A stretch of DNA of 64,000 nt from Candidatus Poribacteria bacterium (GCA_963665845.2 OY762492.1:288001-352000); one strand, 5' to 3'. Shown: positions 37,834 through 48,876, counted from the first letter of the stretch. Notes: a model not told the origin generated them from the letters alone. A program made the numbers and translations.

Positions 37834-38799
37834 TCACGGAGAGCCGAAAAGACGGCGAAGATAGGACCCTAGCAGCGATCGGCGAGGCACATCATACTGA
37901 TACTCCGCCACGAACGTACACGCCTCGCGCTTCACCCACGCATGCGCCTGCGTCTGCAGATTTATCTTGAGCCATTCGCCGTCCCGCTCCGACGCTTCAT
38001 ATGGGATGCCGGGGCGCGTAAAGCCCCTCGGCGAGGCGATTCGCGTCAAGCCCTTCTCCTTGCGGTACACCACATAATCGTTCACCTCGTAATGTTCCCA
38101 GTCCGCCTTGCTCAACTCATGGGCTATGTCTTGGCGCGTCGAGAGGCTCCTGATGTTGACGGCGTACCCCTCTCCCTTGGATTCATCGCTCTTGCCGATG
38201 ATCCGCCCTTCCCATAAGATCAGCTCCTCATGGGGGTACGGCTCGGTTCGGACCGGGATGCGCCGGCGGAAAATCACCTCGTCCACCAGCCCTTTTGACA
38301 CGGAAGCGACCTTATCTGCCGGCGTCCATCCTGCTTCGCTGCCGGGCTTCAGTTCTATTTTGACCCAGTCCTCGATCCGGCGCGTAAAGGGGCGGCGGGT
38401 GACCGGTTGAGCGGTTGCGATCGTGAGCGAGTCGCCGCGCGGAAAACGGCGCATTTTGGTACCCATTTCTACGGCGACCAGCAGTTCCGCCGCCTCCGGA
38501 CGTACCGCCAACGCCGGTTTTTCCTCCGTTACGGCAAACGGAAGCGGCTCCTCCAAAAGGAGCGCGCGGCGTTCCGCGTCAATGCTGAGGATGCGGGCGA
38601 ACGCCCCGTCCGGGTTGGCGTCAATGACGACGGTCTCTCCTGGGGCGAAGGCGCGGACGCTCTTCAGGCGCAGCTCCGTAGACCCGATCTCATGCGCGCC
38701 GACCGTTTCCGACAAGGGGCGCGGCGGAGCCGTCCACAGATACAACCCGACGCCAAGGAGCGTCAGTACGATGACAAGGCTAACGATCAGACGGCGCAT
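37834..38799 (-). CDS. membrane-anchored hypothetical protein with SH3-like segments
   Basis: N-terminal TM; DWVKIEL..GW and GEWLKINL..AWV patterns. Confidence 0.55.
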   Translation of the reverse strand: MRRLIVSLVIVLTLLGVGLYLWTAPPRPLSETVGAHEIGSTELRLKSVRAFAPGETVVIDANPDGAFARILSIDAERRALLLEEPLPFAVTEEKPALAVRPEAAELLVAVEMGTKMRRFPRGDSLTIATAQPVTRRPFTRRIEDWVKIELKPGSEAGWTPADKVASVSKGLVDEVIFRRRIPVRTEPYPHEELILWEGRIIGKSDESKGEGYAVNIRSLSTRQDIAHELSKADWEHYEVNDYVVYRKEKGLTRIASPRGFTRPGIPYEASERDGEWLKINLQTQAHAWVKREACTFVAEYQYDVPRRSLLGSYLRRLFGSP

Positions 38800-40486
38800 C
38801 AGGCGACTCCTTCACTAAACCGCGCGTCCGCACCACTGCTTCAACGCGTCGATTTCGGGCATCCTGCGGCGGCAAGCCCTCAACCTGTCGGCGCGATCCG
38901 CGCCCGTTTGCGTTCATTGAATCCAATTCTGCTCCCAGCGCCGCCGCCAAAATGCGGCTGACCGCCTCGGCGCGTTCCTTAGACAATCGATCCTCGGCGT
39001 CAACATTTCCCGACCGCTCCGAATATCCGTTCACCTCTATATGATAGCGCTTTAGAAACGGGCGCGCCGCCTCAGCGATCTTTTGAACGAGAGAAACGTG
39101 CGCCGGCGCGATGTCGGAGGAGCCATCCGCAAAGAGAGCCGCCGGCATTCGGAACGCGACCCCATTCTGCGCCGAAAAGACGACCGCGCCCTCTATTTTG
39201 GATCCCGCCTCCAACAGCGCCGCTTCGTCCGTTTGAACCTGGCGCGCCCATGTTTCCGCTTTGTTGAGTATATCGGATGCCGCTTCAGCGTTGCGCGCGG
39301 CGAGATTCAGGTTGCCGATCTCCATCAGGGAGGCGGCGAGCGCGGCAAGGGAACCGGCGGCGCCCAGCTCCGTTTCAAAACGCGCTTTTGCGAAGTTCGG
39401 CAGCGCCTCCGCCCGCGCGGTCATGAGGCGTGAGATGTCCTTGACAAGCGCAACCTGCTCTTCGGAGGTTCGCGCCCGCAAAACGTTCGACAAGGCGGCG
39501 CGCCCTTCTGAATACGCCAGCGCCGCGATGTACTCCGCCTTTTCAGCCGTTCCAAGCGCCAATTCATAGGCGTTGTTGTTGAAAAGATCGATAGCTTCTT
39601 GAACCATTTCTTCAGCGTCTTGGTAGAGTTCGGGCGCGCCTTGACGGTACTCTTCCGCCTTTCTCAACATGCCTTGCGCCGCCCCGATCGCCCAGCCTGC
39701 TGAACCTGCCGCCGCCGCCAGCGCGCGCGACTCCTCCGCGCGCCGCGCCGCCTGTTTGCCGATGGACGACACGCGCAGATCGTCCGCCTCGCGGTACGCG
39801 TCGAGAGCTTGAAGGCGCGCCTGCCGCGCGTCGCCGGACGCGAGCAGCCGGCGCGCCTCCGCTTCCATCTTCTGCGCGTTTTCAAAACGGGACGGCTCCA
39901 AGTTTGCCGCGTTCGCCTGCGCAGCCAGCTGGATGGCGCGGTCGGCAAGCGAGAGCGCCGTTTCGGCGAGAAGGCGGGCGGCGTCTTCTTCGGCTTGCGT
40001 TTTGGCGTCTTCGGCGGCGCGTTGAGAAGCTTGCGCTTCCTGGCGGGCTTGCGCGGCGTCCGATTCGGCGCGTTCCCGCAGGGCGCGTTCCAGATCGCGG
40101 CGCGCGTCGGCGGCTTCTCCTTTTAAACGCCCCTCCGTCATGAGCGCGTCCAGGTATGCGGCGAGCGCGCGGTTGCGTTCCGCTTCGGCGTCCGCCTCTT
40201 CAGCCTGCGCAGCGGCGAGGTCGGCGTAATGCCGCGCGCGCTCAAAGAGATCATGCGCCAAGCGGTTCTCGCCCTCCTGAAGCAGCGTTTGCGCCTCTTC
40301 AAACAAACGGCGCGCCTGCGAATACGCGGGCGATTCTTCAGCCCCCTCCGCGGCGCGGTAGGACGCCTCCGCCTGTTGATACGCCTCTTCAACCTGCGTC
40401 TTTGAGACGCCGGCGCCGCAGCCGGCGCCGACCGCCATCAACAGCAGAAGACAGACCGCCGCGCAGAGCCGTTCAATCCGACTCAT
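38780..40486 (-). CDS. OmpA-family lipoprotein with long Ala/Glu helical (DUF4398-like) repeats
   Basis: Lipobox-like GAGC; C-terminal LFADGSS, IEVNGYS, LSKERAEAV, NRRVE. Confidence 0.8.
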   Translation of the reverse strand: MSRIERLCAAVCLLLLMAVGAGCGAGVSKTQVEEAYQQAEASYRAAEGAEESPAYSQARRLFEEAQTLLQEGENRLAHDLFERARHYADLAAAQAEEADAEAERNRALAAYLDALMTEGRLKGEAADARRDLERALRERAESDAAQARQEAQASQRAAEDAKTQAEEDAARLLAETALSLADRAIQLAAQANAANLEPSRFENAQKMEAEARRLLASGDARQARLQALDAYREADDLRVSSIGKQAARRAEESRALAAAAGSAGWAIGAAQGMLRKAEEYRQGAPELYQDAEEMVQEAIDLFNNNAYELALGTAEKAEYIAALAYSEGRAALSNVLRARTSEEQVALVKDISRLMTARAEALPNFAKARFETELGAAGSLAALAASLMEIGNLNLAARNAEAASDILNKAETWARQVQTDEAALLEAGSKIEGAVVFSAQNGVAFRMPAALFADGSSDIAPAHVSLVQKIAEAARPFLKRYHIEVNGYSERSGNVDAEDRLSKERAEAVSRILAAALGAELDSMNANGRGSRRQVEGLPPQDARNRRVEAVVRTRGLVKESPDAPSDR

Positions 40487-40895
40487 TCGATTCGTCCAGC
40501 GCATTTCGTTCGTCCAATGTGTTGTTCCGTTCGGTTCGCAGTTTGTCGGCGGAAGCGGCGGTCTGTTCAAGCGCGCGTTCGGCGGCTTCCGTTTCCGCTT
40601 GAAGACGCCCCGCCCGAAGCGCCGCGCGCGCCTCTTCAACCCGAAGCAGAGCCAAACCCGCCAGCCGGTCCGATTCGGCTCCGTCGCCTGAATCGCGCGC
40701 CTCTTTGGAACGCTCAATCAGCTTTTCCGCCTGTTCAAGCGGCGCGGCTGCCGCGTCAACGCCCTCCTCAAACAGAAGCGCGGCATGGGCGGCTTCGGCG
40801 TCGTAGAGAAGCATGGACGCGCCGCTCCCGCCGCAGCCGTTGAGAGCCAGCGCAAGCAAGAGCGCGGCAGACGCAGACGATAAGTGTTTTGACAT
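40473..40895 (-). CDS. DUF4398-like helical lipoprotein
   Basis: Lipobox LNGC; Ala-rich helices; upstream of OmpA-family gene. Confidence 0.65.
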   Translation of the reverse strand: MSKHLSSASAALLLALALNGCGGSGASMLLYDAEAAHAALLFEEGVDAAAAPLEQAEKLIERSKEARDSGDGAESDRLAGLALLRVEEARAALRAGRLQAETEAAERALEQTAASADKLRTERNNTLDERNALDESNESD

Positions 40896-41074
40896 GATTC
40901 AGCCCGTTTCTCTCCCGCCGTTCATGCGCGGGAAATCGATTGCGAAACCCGCGAAGCGCCGATTTAAACGCTGCGCAAAATGTATCGTATAATTGAATCG
41001 CAGGCGGCGCAACCGCAGTACGCTCAAACGGATATTCTTCACGGGAACGCGATCTAAAAAGGTCAGGTCAAGCG

Positions 41075-44000
41075 TTACGGTTTGCGGTAATACGCCTGTA
41101 TCGGGCGCGGGGTGAGTCCGCTCTCTGCGACGGCTTGGATGCCATGGACGCTCGCCTGCGCGCCCGCCAGCGTCGTGATGAGCGTGATGTTCCGCTCAAC
41201 CGCCATCGCCCGTATCTTGTTCTCATTCGGCGCGTGGCTTCCCCCGCTCGGAGTGTTGATGATCAGGTCGACCGCGTTGTTTTTCACATAATCATGGATC
41301 GTCGGGCGCCCTTTTCCGATGCTATGCACAAGCTCGACCGAAACGCCCGCTCTGGCGACGGCGCGCGCGGTGCCGTGCGTCGCAACGATGTTGAAGCCGA
41401 GGTCGCGCAGCTGACGCGCAAGAAGCGCCGCCCCCCGCTTGTCCCTGTTGCGGACGCTCATGAAGGCGGTCCCGCTGGTCGGCAGCGGATGCCCCGTTCC
41501 GATCTGCGCTTTCGCAAAGGCGCGCCCGAAGCTTGGATCGATCCCCATCACTTCGCCGGTCGATTTCATCTCTGGTCCAAGCAGCGGGTCCGCCCCAGGC
41601 AGGCGGTCGAACGGAAAGACAGGCGCCTTGACGCTGAAGTATTCTGGCGTCCTTTCCTGGGTGAAACCTAAATTCGTCAGCTTTTTTCCTGTCATGACGC
41701 GCGCCGCCAGCTTCGCCAGCGGCGTTCCGATCGCCTTGCTGACATACGGAATCGTGCGCGAGGCGCGCGGGTTCACCTCCAGCGTGTACAGATCGTCCCC
41801 CTGAAAAGCGTACTGAATGTTCATCAGCCCAATCACATTCAGCTCCCGCGCCAGAGCCAAGGTCGCCGCCCGCACCGCATCCAGCTGGTCGTCGCCGAGA
41901 GAGTACGGCGGAATGACGCAGTCGCTGTCGCCTGAATGAATCCCCGCCTCTTCGATATGCTCCATAATGCCGCCGATGACGACCGTCTCGCTGTCGCAGA
42001 CCGCGTCCACATCGATCTCAATGGCAGACTCCAGATACTTGTCGATGAGTATCGGCCTGTCGGGCGACGCCTCGACGGCGTGGCGCAGATATTCGCGCAG
42101 CTCGTCGTCTGAATGAACAATCTGCATCGCCCTTCCCCCTAAAACATAGGAGGGGCGGACAAGCGTCGGATAGCCGATGCGGGCGGCGATCCCGCGCGCC
42201 TCTTCAAACGAAACGGCGGTGTCGTTGGGCGGTTGGCGCAGTCCGCATTTGTCCAGAACCTCCTTGAAACGCTGGCGGTCTTCCGCCCTGTCGATGTTGT
42301 CAGGGTCGGTGCCGATGATCTTGGCGCCCGCTTCTTTCAGCGCGCCGGCGAGGTTCAACGGCGTTTGACCGCCAAATTGAACGATGACGCCGTCCGGATG
42401 TTCGTTTTCGATGATGTCTAAAACGCTCTCGCGCGTCAAAGGTTCAAAATAGAGGCGGTCGGAGGTGTCGTAGTCGGTGCTGACCGTCTCTGGGTTGCTG
42501 TTGACCATGATCGTCTCGTACCCGTCTTCGCGCAGGGCGAGCGCGGCATGGACGCAGCAGTAATCAAACTCGATCCCCTGTCCGATGCGGTTCGGTCCCC
42601 CGCCGAGGATGAGTATCTTGTCCCGGTCGGAAGGCGGCGCCTCGCTTTCCTCCTCGTAGGTGGAGTAGTAGTACGGCGTGTACGCCTCAAACTCTGCCGC
42701 GCATGTATCGACCAACTTATAGACGGGCTTGATCTCAAGCGACTTGCGCAGCGTTCTCACTTCCGATTCGTCCCTCTCCCAAAGGTCGGCGAGCTGTCGA
42801 TCTCCAAAGCCGAGGCGTTTCAGCCGAAGCAGCTCCCCCCGCTGTTTCTCTTTGCGGGAGCCGCTTTGAAAAAACAGATCTTTCTTTTCTACGGCGGCGC
42901 GCTCCGCCTCCACCAGCTCCTGGATGTTGTGTAAAAAGAACGGGTCAATGCGCGTGTGCGTATGAATCTGCTCCACCGACATGCCTTTTTGAAACGCCTG
43001 CTTGATGAAAAAAAGCCGCTCCGCGTTCGGCACATTCAGCTTGCCGGGCAGCTCCGACACCGGCAGGTCGGCGACAGGCGGATTGCTCAAACCTGTCCAG
43101 CCGGTCTCCATGGAGCGCAGCGCTTTTTGCAGCGATTCCTTGAACGAACGCCCGATCGACATCGCTTCCCCGACCGACTTCATGGAGGTGGTTAAGGTGG
43201 CGTCCACATTCGGAAACTTTTCAAACGCCCAGCGCGGAACCTTCGTAACAACATAATCGATGGTCGGCTCAAACGACGCGGGCGTTTGACGGGTGATGTC
43301 GTTCGGTATCTCGTCCAGCGTATAGCCGACGGCGAGCTTCGCGGCGATCTTGGCGATCGGAAACCCTGTCGCCTTGGAGGCGAGCGCGGAGGAGCGGGAG
43401 ACGCGCGGGTTCATCTCAATGACAACCTGCCGCCCGTCTTCAGGGTTGACGGCAAACTGAATGTTGGAGCCGCCCGTGTCGACGCCGATTTCGCGTATGA
43501 TGCGGATGGAGGCGTCGCGCATCTGCTGATATTCTTTGTCGGTGAGCGTCTGCGCCGGCGCGACCGTGACGCTGTCGCCCGTATGCAGACCCATCGGATC
43601 GATGTTCTCGATGGAGCAGATGATGACCACATTGTCGGCGGCGTCGCGCATCACCTCCAGCTCGTATTCTTTCCAGCCGATAACGCTTTCTTCCACAAGC
43701 GTTTCGTTGGCGGGGCTGATGCGCAAGCCGTCCGCAATCATCTCGCGGTACTCTTCGATGTTGTAGGCGATGCCGCCGCCTTTTCCGCTGAGCGTGAAAC
43801 CAGGGCGCAGAATGAGCGGAAAGGGTATCTCGTTCAGCGCGTCCATCGCCTCGTCCAGCGAGCGCACAACGCGGCTTTTCGGCAGCTGCATGCCGATGTT
43901 CAGCATCGCCTGTTTGAAAAGCAATCGGCTCTCCGCTTTTTGAATAGCGGGCAGCTTCGCCCCAATCAGCTCTACGCCATGGCGGTCCAGTACGCCTGAT

Positions 44001-44311
44001 TCCGCCAGCTGGACGGCGAGGTTCAACCCTGTCTGTCCGCCGAGCGTCGGCAGCAGCGCGTCCGGCTTCTCCGCTTCAATCACCTGCTCAAGCGTCTCGG
44101 CGGTGAGCGGCTCAATGTAGGTTCGGTCCGCCATTTCAGGGTCCGTCATGATGGTCGCCGGGTTGTTGTTGACAAGCGCGATCTGATACCCGTCCTCGCG
44201 CAGCGCCTTGCATGCCTGCGAGCCTGAATAGTCGAACTCGCACGCCTGCCCGATGACGATCGGCCCCGACCCGATGAGCAGTATTTTATGGATGTCGTCG
44301 CGTTTCGGCAT
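41075..44311 (-). CDS. carB: carbamoyl-phosphate synthase large subunit
   Basis: [40 protein letters not shown] domain. Confidence 0.97.
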   Translation of the reverse strand: MPKRDDIHKILLIGSGPIVIGQACEFDYSGSQACKALREDGYQIALVNNNPATIMTDPEMADRTYIEPLTAETLEQVIEAEKPDALLPTLGGQTGLNLAVQLAESGVLDRHGVELIGAKLPAIQKAESRLLFKQAMLNIGMQLPKSRVVRSLDEAMDALNEIPFPLILRPGFTLSGKGGGIAYNIEEYREMIADGLRISPANETLVEESVIGWKEYELEVMRDAADNVVIICSIENIDPMGLHTGDSVTVAPAQTLTDKEYQQMRDASIRIIREIGVDTGGSNIQFAVNPEDGRQVVIEMNPRVSRSSALASKATGFPIAKIAAKLAVGYTLDEIPNDITRQTPASFEPTIDYVVTKVPRWAFEKFPNVDATLTTSMKSVGEAMSIGRSFKESLQKALRSMETGWTGLSNPPVADLPVSELPGKLNVPNAERLFFIKQAFQKGMSVEQIHTHTRIDPFFLHNIQELVEAERAAVEKKDLFFQSGSRKEKQRGELLRLKRLGFGDRQLADLWERDESEVRTLRKSLEIKPVYKLVDTCAAEFEAYTPYYYSTYEEESEAPPSDRDKILILGGGPNRIGQGIEFDYCCVHAALALREDGYETIMVNSNPETVSTDYDTSDRLYFEPLTRESVLDIIENEHPDGVIVQFGGQTPLNLAGALKEAGAKIIGTDPDNIDRAEDRQRFKEVLDKCGLRQPPNDTAVSFEEARGIAARIGYPTLVRPSYVLGGRAMQIVHSDDELREYLRHAVEASPDRPILIDKYLESAIEIDVDAVCDSETVVIGGIMEHIEEAGIHSGDSDCVIPPYSLGDDQLDAVRAATLALARELNVIGLMNIQYAFQGDDLYTLEVNPRASRTIPYVSKAIGTPLAKLAARVMTGKKLTNLGFTQERTPEYFSVKAPVFPFDRLPGADPLLGPEMKSTGEVMGIDPSFGRAFAKAQIGTGHPLPTSGTAFMSVRNRDKRGAALLARQLRDLGFNIVATHGTARAVARAGVSVELVHSIGKGRPTIHDYVKNNAVDLIINTPSGGSHAPNENKIRAMAVERNITLITTLAGAQASVHGIQAVAESGLTPRPIQAYYRKP

Positions 44312-44348
44312 ATCGTCTTTGCCGCCTCTCTGGTAGTCAGCTTATGTC

Positions 44349-44422
44349 GTCATTCCCGCGTAAGCGGGAATCTTAGCCGTCATTCCCGCCCTCAACTCGT
44401 CATTCCCGCGTAAGCGGGAATC
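44349..44422. repeat. cluster of REP-like palindromes between carA and carB
   Basis: GTCATTCCCGCGTAAGCGGGAATC at 44349-44372 and 44399-44422, half copy at 44379. Confidence 0.9.
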
Positions 44423-44506
44423 TTAAAAGAAACATCTCTCGATCAACGCCATCGCCGTCCATAACTCTGTTTAAACGTACTGCCGCCTCTCGTTTGCGTC
44501 TTGGCG

Positions 44507-45598
44507 TTACCGCCGCTGGTCTTTCATCATATCGACAAACCGCTGAAACAGGTAAGCGGCGTCATGCGGTCCGGGCGAGGCTTCGGGATGGTACTGTACC
44601 GAAAAAAGCGGATAGTCCCGGTGCCGAAGCCCCTCCAGCGTCCCGTCGTTCAGATTGATATGAGTCGTCTCAACGTTCGTATGTTTCAGCGAGTCGGGAT
44701 CGATGCAGAAGCTGTGGTTTTGGGAGGTGATCTCAACCTGCCCCGTGTCGAGCCGCCGCACCGGCTGATTGGCGCCCCGATGTCCAAATTTCATTTTAAA
44801 GCGCGTCCCTCCCATCGCCAGACCGAGCAGCTGATGCCCAAGGCAGATGCCGAAGACAGGTACTTTTCCGATCAGCTGGCGTATCTCCTCGATGGCGTAT
44901 TGAACGGCGCCGGGGTCGCCCGGCCCGTTCGATAAAAAGACGCCGTCCGGTTTCATTTTCAATAGATCGCTTGCCGAATAGGCGGCGGGGACAGCGATCA
45001 CTTCGCACCCATGCTGCGTCAGCATGCGGGCGATGTTGCGCTTCATTCCGTAGTCGTACGCCGCGACGCGAAACGGCTGTTCGCTGTCGCTTTTTTCCCA
45101 GACTTTCGGGCTGTCCAGGGTAACGCTCCGCGCAAGGTCGGCGCCTTCAAGCCCTGCAAATCGACGCGCCCGCTCCACCAGCGCCGAGGGATCCGAAACC
45201 TCTGTCGACACGACAGCGCGCAGTTCGCCGCCGCCGCGTATTTTGCGCGTCAAGGCGCGCGTGTCGATGCCTTGAATGCCGAGGACGCCGTGTTCCTCCA
45301 TGAACTCGCCGAGGCTGCGCCGCGCGCGCCAGTTGCTGTAATGCGCCGTGTATTCGCGCACCACGAAACCTTCGACATGTATTTTTTCCGACTCGTTGTC
45401 ATCGTCCGGCGCGCCGTAGTTGCCGATGAGCGGGTAGGTCATCACCAGAATCTGTCCGGCGTAGGACGGGTCGGTCAACGCCTCCTGGTAGCCGGTCATG
45501 CTGGTGTTGAAGACCAGCTCCCCTTCGCCGGTTCCGGCGGCTCCGAACGCTTGTCCGCGCCATACGGTTCCATCTTCGAGAGCGAGCAGAGCGTCCAT
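44507..45598 (-). CDS. carA: carbamoyl-phosphate synthase small subunit
   Basis: FNTSMTGYQE.LTDPSY, SNGPGDP, GICLGHQ, QYHPEASPGP. Confidence 0.97.
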   Translation of the reverse strand: MDALLALEDGTVWRGQAFGAAGTGEGELVFNTSMTGYQEALTDPSYAGQILVMTYPLIGNYGAPDDDNESEKIHVEGFVVREYTAHYSNWRARRSLGEFMEEHGVLGIQGIDTRALTRKIRGGGELRAVVSTEVSDPSALVERARRFAGLEGADLARSVTLDSPKVWEKSDSEQPFRVAAYDYGMKRNIARMLTQHGCEVIAVPAAYSASDLLKMKPDGVFLSNGPGDPGAVQYAIEEIRQLIGKVPVFGICLGHQLLGLAMGGTRFKMKFGHRGANQPVRRLDTGQVEITSQNHSFCIDPDSLKHTNVETTHINLNDGTLEGLRHRDYPLFSVQYHPEASPGPHDAAYLFQRFVDMMKDQRR

Positions 45599-45600
45599 AT

Positions 45601-46878
45601 TCAGCTCCTTTGAAAGAGGGCGGTTCCGCGCCGTACGGTCAAGACAGGCCAACCGCGCAGGCGCAAGCCCATAAAAGGCGTGTTGCCGCTTTTTGAAAAA
45701 ATCTCATTGCCGCTGACAGCAATCTCTAAATGCGGATCGATGACGGCGATGTCCGCCGGCGCGCCAACCGCCAGAGACGGAACCGGCAGCCGCAGGATCT
45801 CCGCCGGCGCCCGCGTCATCTTGTCGACCGCCTCAACGGCGCTCATCTTTCCTTTTAGCACGAGATGCGTCCAGACAAGCGGAACGCACAACTCCAGACC
45901 GATGACGCCAAACGGCGCCTCCAGAAGCCCGCGCGCCTTCTCGTCGGGAGAATGCGGCGCATGGTCGGTCGCAATCGCGTCGATGGCGCCGTCCGCCAGC
46001 CCTTCGATGAGCGCGTCCATGTCGTCCCGCGTCCGCAGGGGCGGATTCATCTTCGCGTCCGCGCCGTGCGTCAAGACGGCGGAGTCGTCCAGCGCGAAGT
46101 GGTGCGGGCATGCCTCCGCAGTCATGTTCGCGCCGAGCGCCTTCGCCCGGCGAACGATCTCAACCCCCGCCCGCGTCGTGAGATGCTGTATATGCAGACG
46201 CCCGCCCGTTTCCAGACAGAGCCGCGCGTCGCGCGCTATGACCGCCTCCTCGGCGGAGGGCGGGATGCCTGGGACGCCGAGCGTTTTTGCAGTTTCGCCG
46301 CTGTGGATGACGCCGTCGCCGGCGATGAGCGGGTCTTCGCAGTGGACGAGTACGGGAAAGCCGCGCCGAGCGCTTTTTTTCAAGAGGCGGCGCATGATCC
46401 GTTCATCCATGGCGCTTTTGCCGTCGTCTGAAAAGGCGCAGACGCCGGCTTTCAGCAGCGCGTCGTACGGCGCCGGCTGTTCGCCGTTGATGCCGAGCGT
46501 GATGGCGCCTACGGTATGAATATCGACAGGGCAGCGCGTCTCGGCGCGTTTCAAAAGGTCCTGTATCAATACAGGCGAATCGAGCGCCGGGTCCGTGTTT
46601 GCCATACAGACCGCCCGCGTGAAACCGCCTGCCGCGGCGGCGCGCCCGCCCGTTTCAAGCGTCTCCTTGTGCGTCTGTCCAGGGTCGCGCAGATGAACAT
46701 GCATATCGATGAGGCTGGGCGTTACGAGCATTCCGTCGGCGTTGAAGGTTTCCTCGCCGTTCAGGGAGAGGCCGCGTCCGATCTCGGCGATCTTTTCCCC
46801 GCGCAGTCGAATATCCAGCCCTGTTTCGAGTCGACCGCCCGGCAAAACGAGATCGCCGTTCTTGATCAGCAGGCTCAT
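45601..46878 (-). CDS. pyrC: dihydroorotase (type I)
   Basis: [34 protein letters not shown]. Confidence 0.94.
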   Translation of the reverse strand: MSLLIKNGDLVLPGGRLETGLDIRLRGEKIAEIGRGLSLNGEETFNADGMLVTPSLIDMHVHLRDPGQTHKETLETGGRAAAAGGFTRAVCMANTDPALDSPVLIQDLLKRAETRCPVDIHTVGAITLGINGEQPAPYDALLKAGVCAFSDDGKSAMDERIMRRLLKKSARRGFPVLVHCEDPLIAGDGVIHSGETAKTLGVPGIPPSAEEAVIARDARLCLETGGRLHIQHLTTRAGVEIVRRAKALGANMTAEACPHHFALDDSAVLTHGADAKMNPPLRTRDDMDALIEGLADGAIDAIATDHAPHSPDEKARGLLEAPFGVIGLELCVPLVWTHLVLKGKMSAVEAVDKMTRAPAEILRLPVPSLAVGAPADIAVIDPHLEIAVSGNEIFSKSGNTPFMGLRLRGWPVLTVRRGTALFQRS

Positions 46879-47432
46879 TCGTCCGCCTCTTCGCATATCG
46901 TCACGGCGTCCCGCCCATCCTTTTCTTCGATGGCGACGACGACCGTTTCGCGTTTGGAGGTGGGTATGTTTTTACCGACATAATCGGCGGCGATCGGAAG
47001 CTCGCGGTGTCCGCGGTCAATGAGCGCGGCAAGCTGAACGCGGGCGGGGCGTCCAAAGTGGGTCAAGGCGTCCAGCGCGGCGCGTATCGTCCGCCCTGTG
47101 TATAACACATCGTCCACCAAGACGACGCGCATTCCGTCGATGGCAAAGTCGATGCTGGTGCGGCTTCCGGCGAGCGCTTGACGGTTGAACAGATTCAGGT
47201 CGTCTCGATGCAGAGTGATGTCGATGGCGCCGACCGGCGGCTCCAGCGGTTCAATGGAGGCGATGTTGGCGGCGATGCGCCGCGCCAGCGCGTCCCCGCG
47301 CGAATGGATGCCGATGAACGCGAGCTGTTGAACGCCGCGGTTGCGTTCGCATATTTCATGGGCGATGCGGATCAGCGCCCTGCGCATCTCTTCGGCGGTC
47401 ATGACCAGCGCTTTTTCGATCTGCTTACTCAT
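46875..47432 (-). CDS. pyrR: pyrimidine operon regulator / uracil phosphoribosyltransferase
   Basis: [45 protein letters not shown]. Confidence 0.95.
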   Translation of the reverse strand: MSKQIEKALVMTAEEMRRALIRIAHEICERNRGVQQLAFIGIHSRGDALARRIAANIASIEPLEPPVGAIDITLHRDDLNLFNRQALAGSRTSIDFAIDGMRVVLVDDVLYTGRTIRAALDALTHFGRPARVQLAALIDRGHRELPIAADYVGKNIPTSKRETVVVAIEEKDGRDAVTICEEADE

Positions 47433-48033
47433 TTTCGTAGGTTCCGCTGCGGAGCTGTTCCAGTCGGCGGGCTAGCTCTTCAAACAGCTTTTGCGCGGCG
47501 GGGAGCGCGTTGATGTCGCTCAGTTCGCGCGCGTTTGTCCAAAAATCTTCAAGGCGGCGGGAGCCGGACGCTTCATATTCGTACGCCTGCAAGAGCGTTT
47601 CCAGCTTGTCGGCGGCATGGACGACGGCGCTTTCAAGCGTCCCGCCCTGTTCATATTCGTCCAACAGCGCCCGATACCGCCCGCCGAGGATGCCCATCGG
47701 CGAAAGGAGCGCGTCGGCCGCTTCCGCTTCTATTTTCGCTTTGAAACCGCGCGGAAAGCGTCTGGAGACTGGCTTCGGTATGTCGCCCGTTTTCGCCTCG
47801 GCGATGTCATGCAAGAGAGCCATGCGGATCGCTTTTTCGGCGTCAAGGGGGGTTCCGTTGTCGGCGATCCAGTCGGCGAGAACCATGGCGAGAACGGCGA
47901 CCCGATAAGAATGGTCGGCGACGCTTTCGGCGCTGCGGACGCCTCTAAGCGGCCATCCGACGCGGGGGAGGTCTTTCAACGCGCCGAGCGCGCGCAGAAA
48001 GTCGACGATCTGTTGGGGCGTCGGCGCAGACAT
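47425..48033 (-). CDS. HD-domain hydrolase (HDDC2/YfbR-like 5'-deoxynucleotidase family)
   Basis: [38 protein letters not shown]. Confidence 0.88.
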   Translation of the reverse strand: MSAPTPQQIVDFLRALGALKDLPRVGWPLRGVRSAESVADHSYRVAVLAMVLADWIADNGTPLDAEKAIRMALLHDIAEAKTGDIPKPVSRRFPRGFKAKIEAEAADALLSPMGILGGRYRALLDEYEQGGTLESAVVHAADKLETLLQAYEYEASGSRRLEDFWTNARELSDINALPAAQKLFEELARRLEQLRSGTYENE

Positions 48034-48046
48034 GGCTCCTTCTTCC

Positions 48047-48079
48047 GCCTTTCTAGCCTCGCTGGACTCGATTAAAGGC
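48047..48079 (-). promoter_or_regulatory. PyrR-binding RNA hairpin
   Basis: Transcript GCCUUUAAUCG-AGUCCAGCGAGGCU-AGAAAGGC matches CUUUAA..ARUCCNGNGAGGYU; closed by GCCUUU/AAAGGC; lies just 5' of AAGGAG RBS. Confidence 0.88.
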
Positions 48080-48096
48080 TGACGCTTCGACTAAAT

Positions 48097-48125
48097 AGTC
48101 TAGCATGGGGAGCCGTTGAAGGCAA
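48097..48125 (-). promoter_or_regulatory. putative sigma70 promoter of the HD-pyr operon
   Basis: TTGCCT-17 bp-TAGACT with extended -10 TG. Confidence 0.6.
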
Positions 48126-48136
48126 GCGGCGCGACG

Positions 48137-48198
48137 CTGACCTTACCGCTTTAGTTGGGACATTCCGATTGGCGAACGCGGAAGCGGAGAACGGCCGC
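48137..48198. mobile_element. solo MITE end
   Basis: CTGACCTTACCGCTTTAGTTGGGACA plus GGCGAACGCGGA, as at 37623-37685. Confidence 0.7.
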
Positions 48199-48231
48199 CC
48201 TATGACAGCGGATAGGGCGCGGATTTCCCCC

Positions 48232-48301
48232 CTGCCCTTAAAAAGGGAACGAGGCGCGCAGCCGATTCGTTGTTGCAATGCGAAGCAGAATGCGGTAACA
48301 T
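48232..48301 (+). promoter_or_regulatory. 70-bp repeat copy 1 carrying a putative sigma70 promoter
   Basis: TTGCAA(48273)-17 bp-TAACAT(48296); near-identical to 48860-48930. Confidence 0.7.
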
Positions 48302-48344
48302 GCTTATCAGATGGGCGTACCTTAATGAGAAAGGACGAAGGAAC

Positions 48345-48707
48345 ATGGCGCAACAGCCCCAAAACGATACCGAACTCTCCGTTGTGAAAGCGGAGCTCCA
48401 AACCGACATCCACGCGGTGGCAAAGTCGGTCCATAAAGTTGCCGAAGATCAGGTCGGGATCTCCAACCAGATCGACACGCTCAAAATCTTGATGGTCGCG
48501 AAATTTGCGCGGGTGGACGGCGACATTGACGCGTTCAAAACCGAATTCATCGCGTTCAAAACTGAGGTGGTTGAACGATTTGAACGGGTTGAGGGCGACG
48601 TCGCGGCAGTAAAGGGCGACGTCGCGGCAGTAAAAGCCGCCCTTGTCTTGATCGCAGAAGCGCTCGGCATTGGCGACGCGGTGCGCCAGCTGCTTACCCC
48701 GCAGTAA
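48345..48707 (+). CDS. small coiled-coil protein with heptad (21-bp) tandem repeats
   Basis: RBS-like AAGGA; AFKTEFI/AFKTEVV and GDVAAVK x2. Confidence 0.65.
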   Translation: MAQQPQNDTELSVVKAELQTDIHAVAKSVHKVAEDQVGISNQIDTLKILMVAKFARVDGDIDAFKTEFIAFKTEVVERFERVEGDVAAVKGDVAAVKAALVLIAEALGIGDAVRQLLTPQ

Positions 48708-48760
48708 ACCGCGCCGGAATCCAGAGTTCAGCCAAAGACGGCCAACCCCGCGGAAACCTG

Positions 48761-48876
48761 CCCTGCCGCCCTTTTCAAGGGCGGAAACCCCCCCTGCCCC
48801 CCTTTTCAAGGGGGAGTCCAGAAAATCCCCCCAGCTGCCCTTTTCAAGGGGGAGTCCCACTGCCCTTTAAAAAGGG
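48761..48876. repeat. tandem array of four CCCTTTT(C/A)AAGGG-type hairpins
   Basis: Units about 25-40 bp apart; same family as 19798, 30723, 55854, 63446. Confidence 0.85.

Noticed and set aside
44349-44422. Two identical 24-bp palindromes with a 26-bp spacer (CRISPR-like)
   Set aside because: The spacer contains a half copy of the repeat, and the family is dispersed and REP-like
48761-48876. Regularly spaced palindromes resembling a mini CRISPR array
   Set aside because: Spacers are short, related to one another and uneven; the same unit is dispersed singly elsewhere; no cas genes
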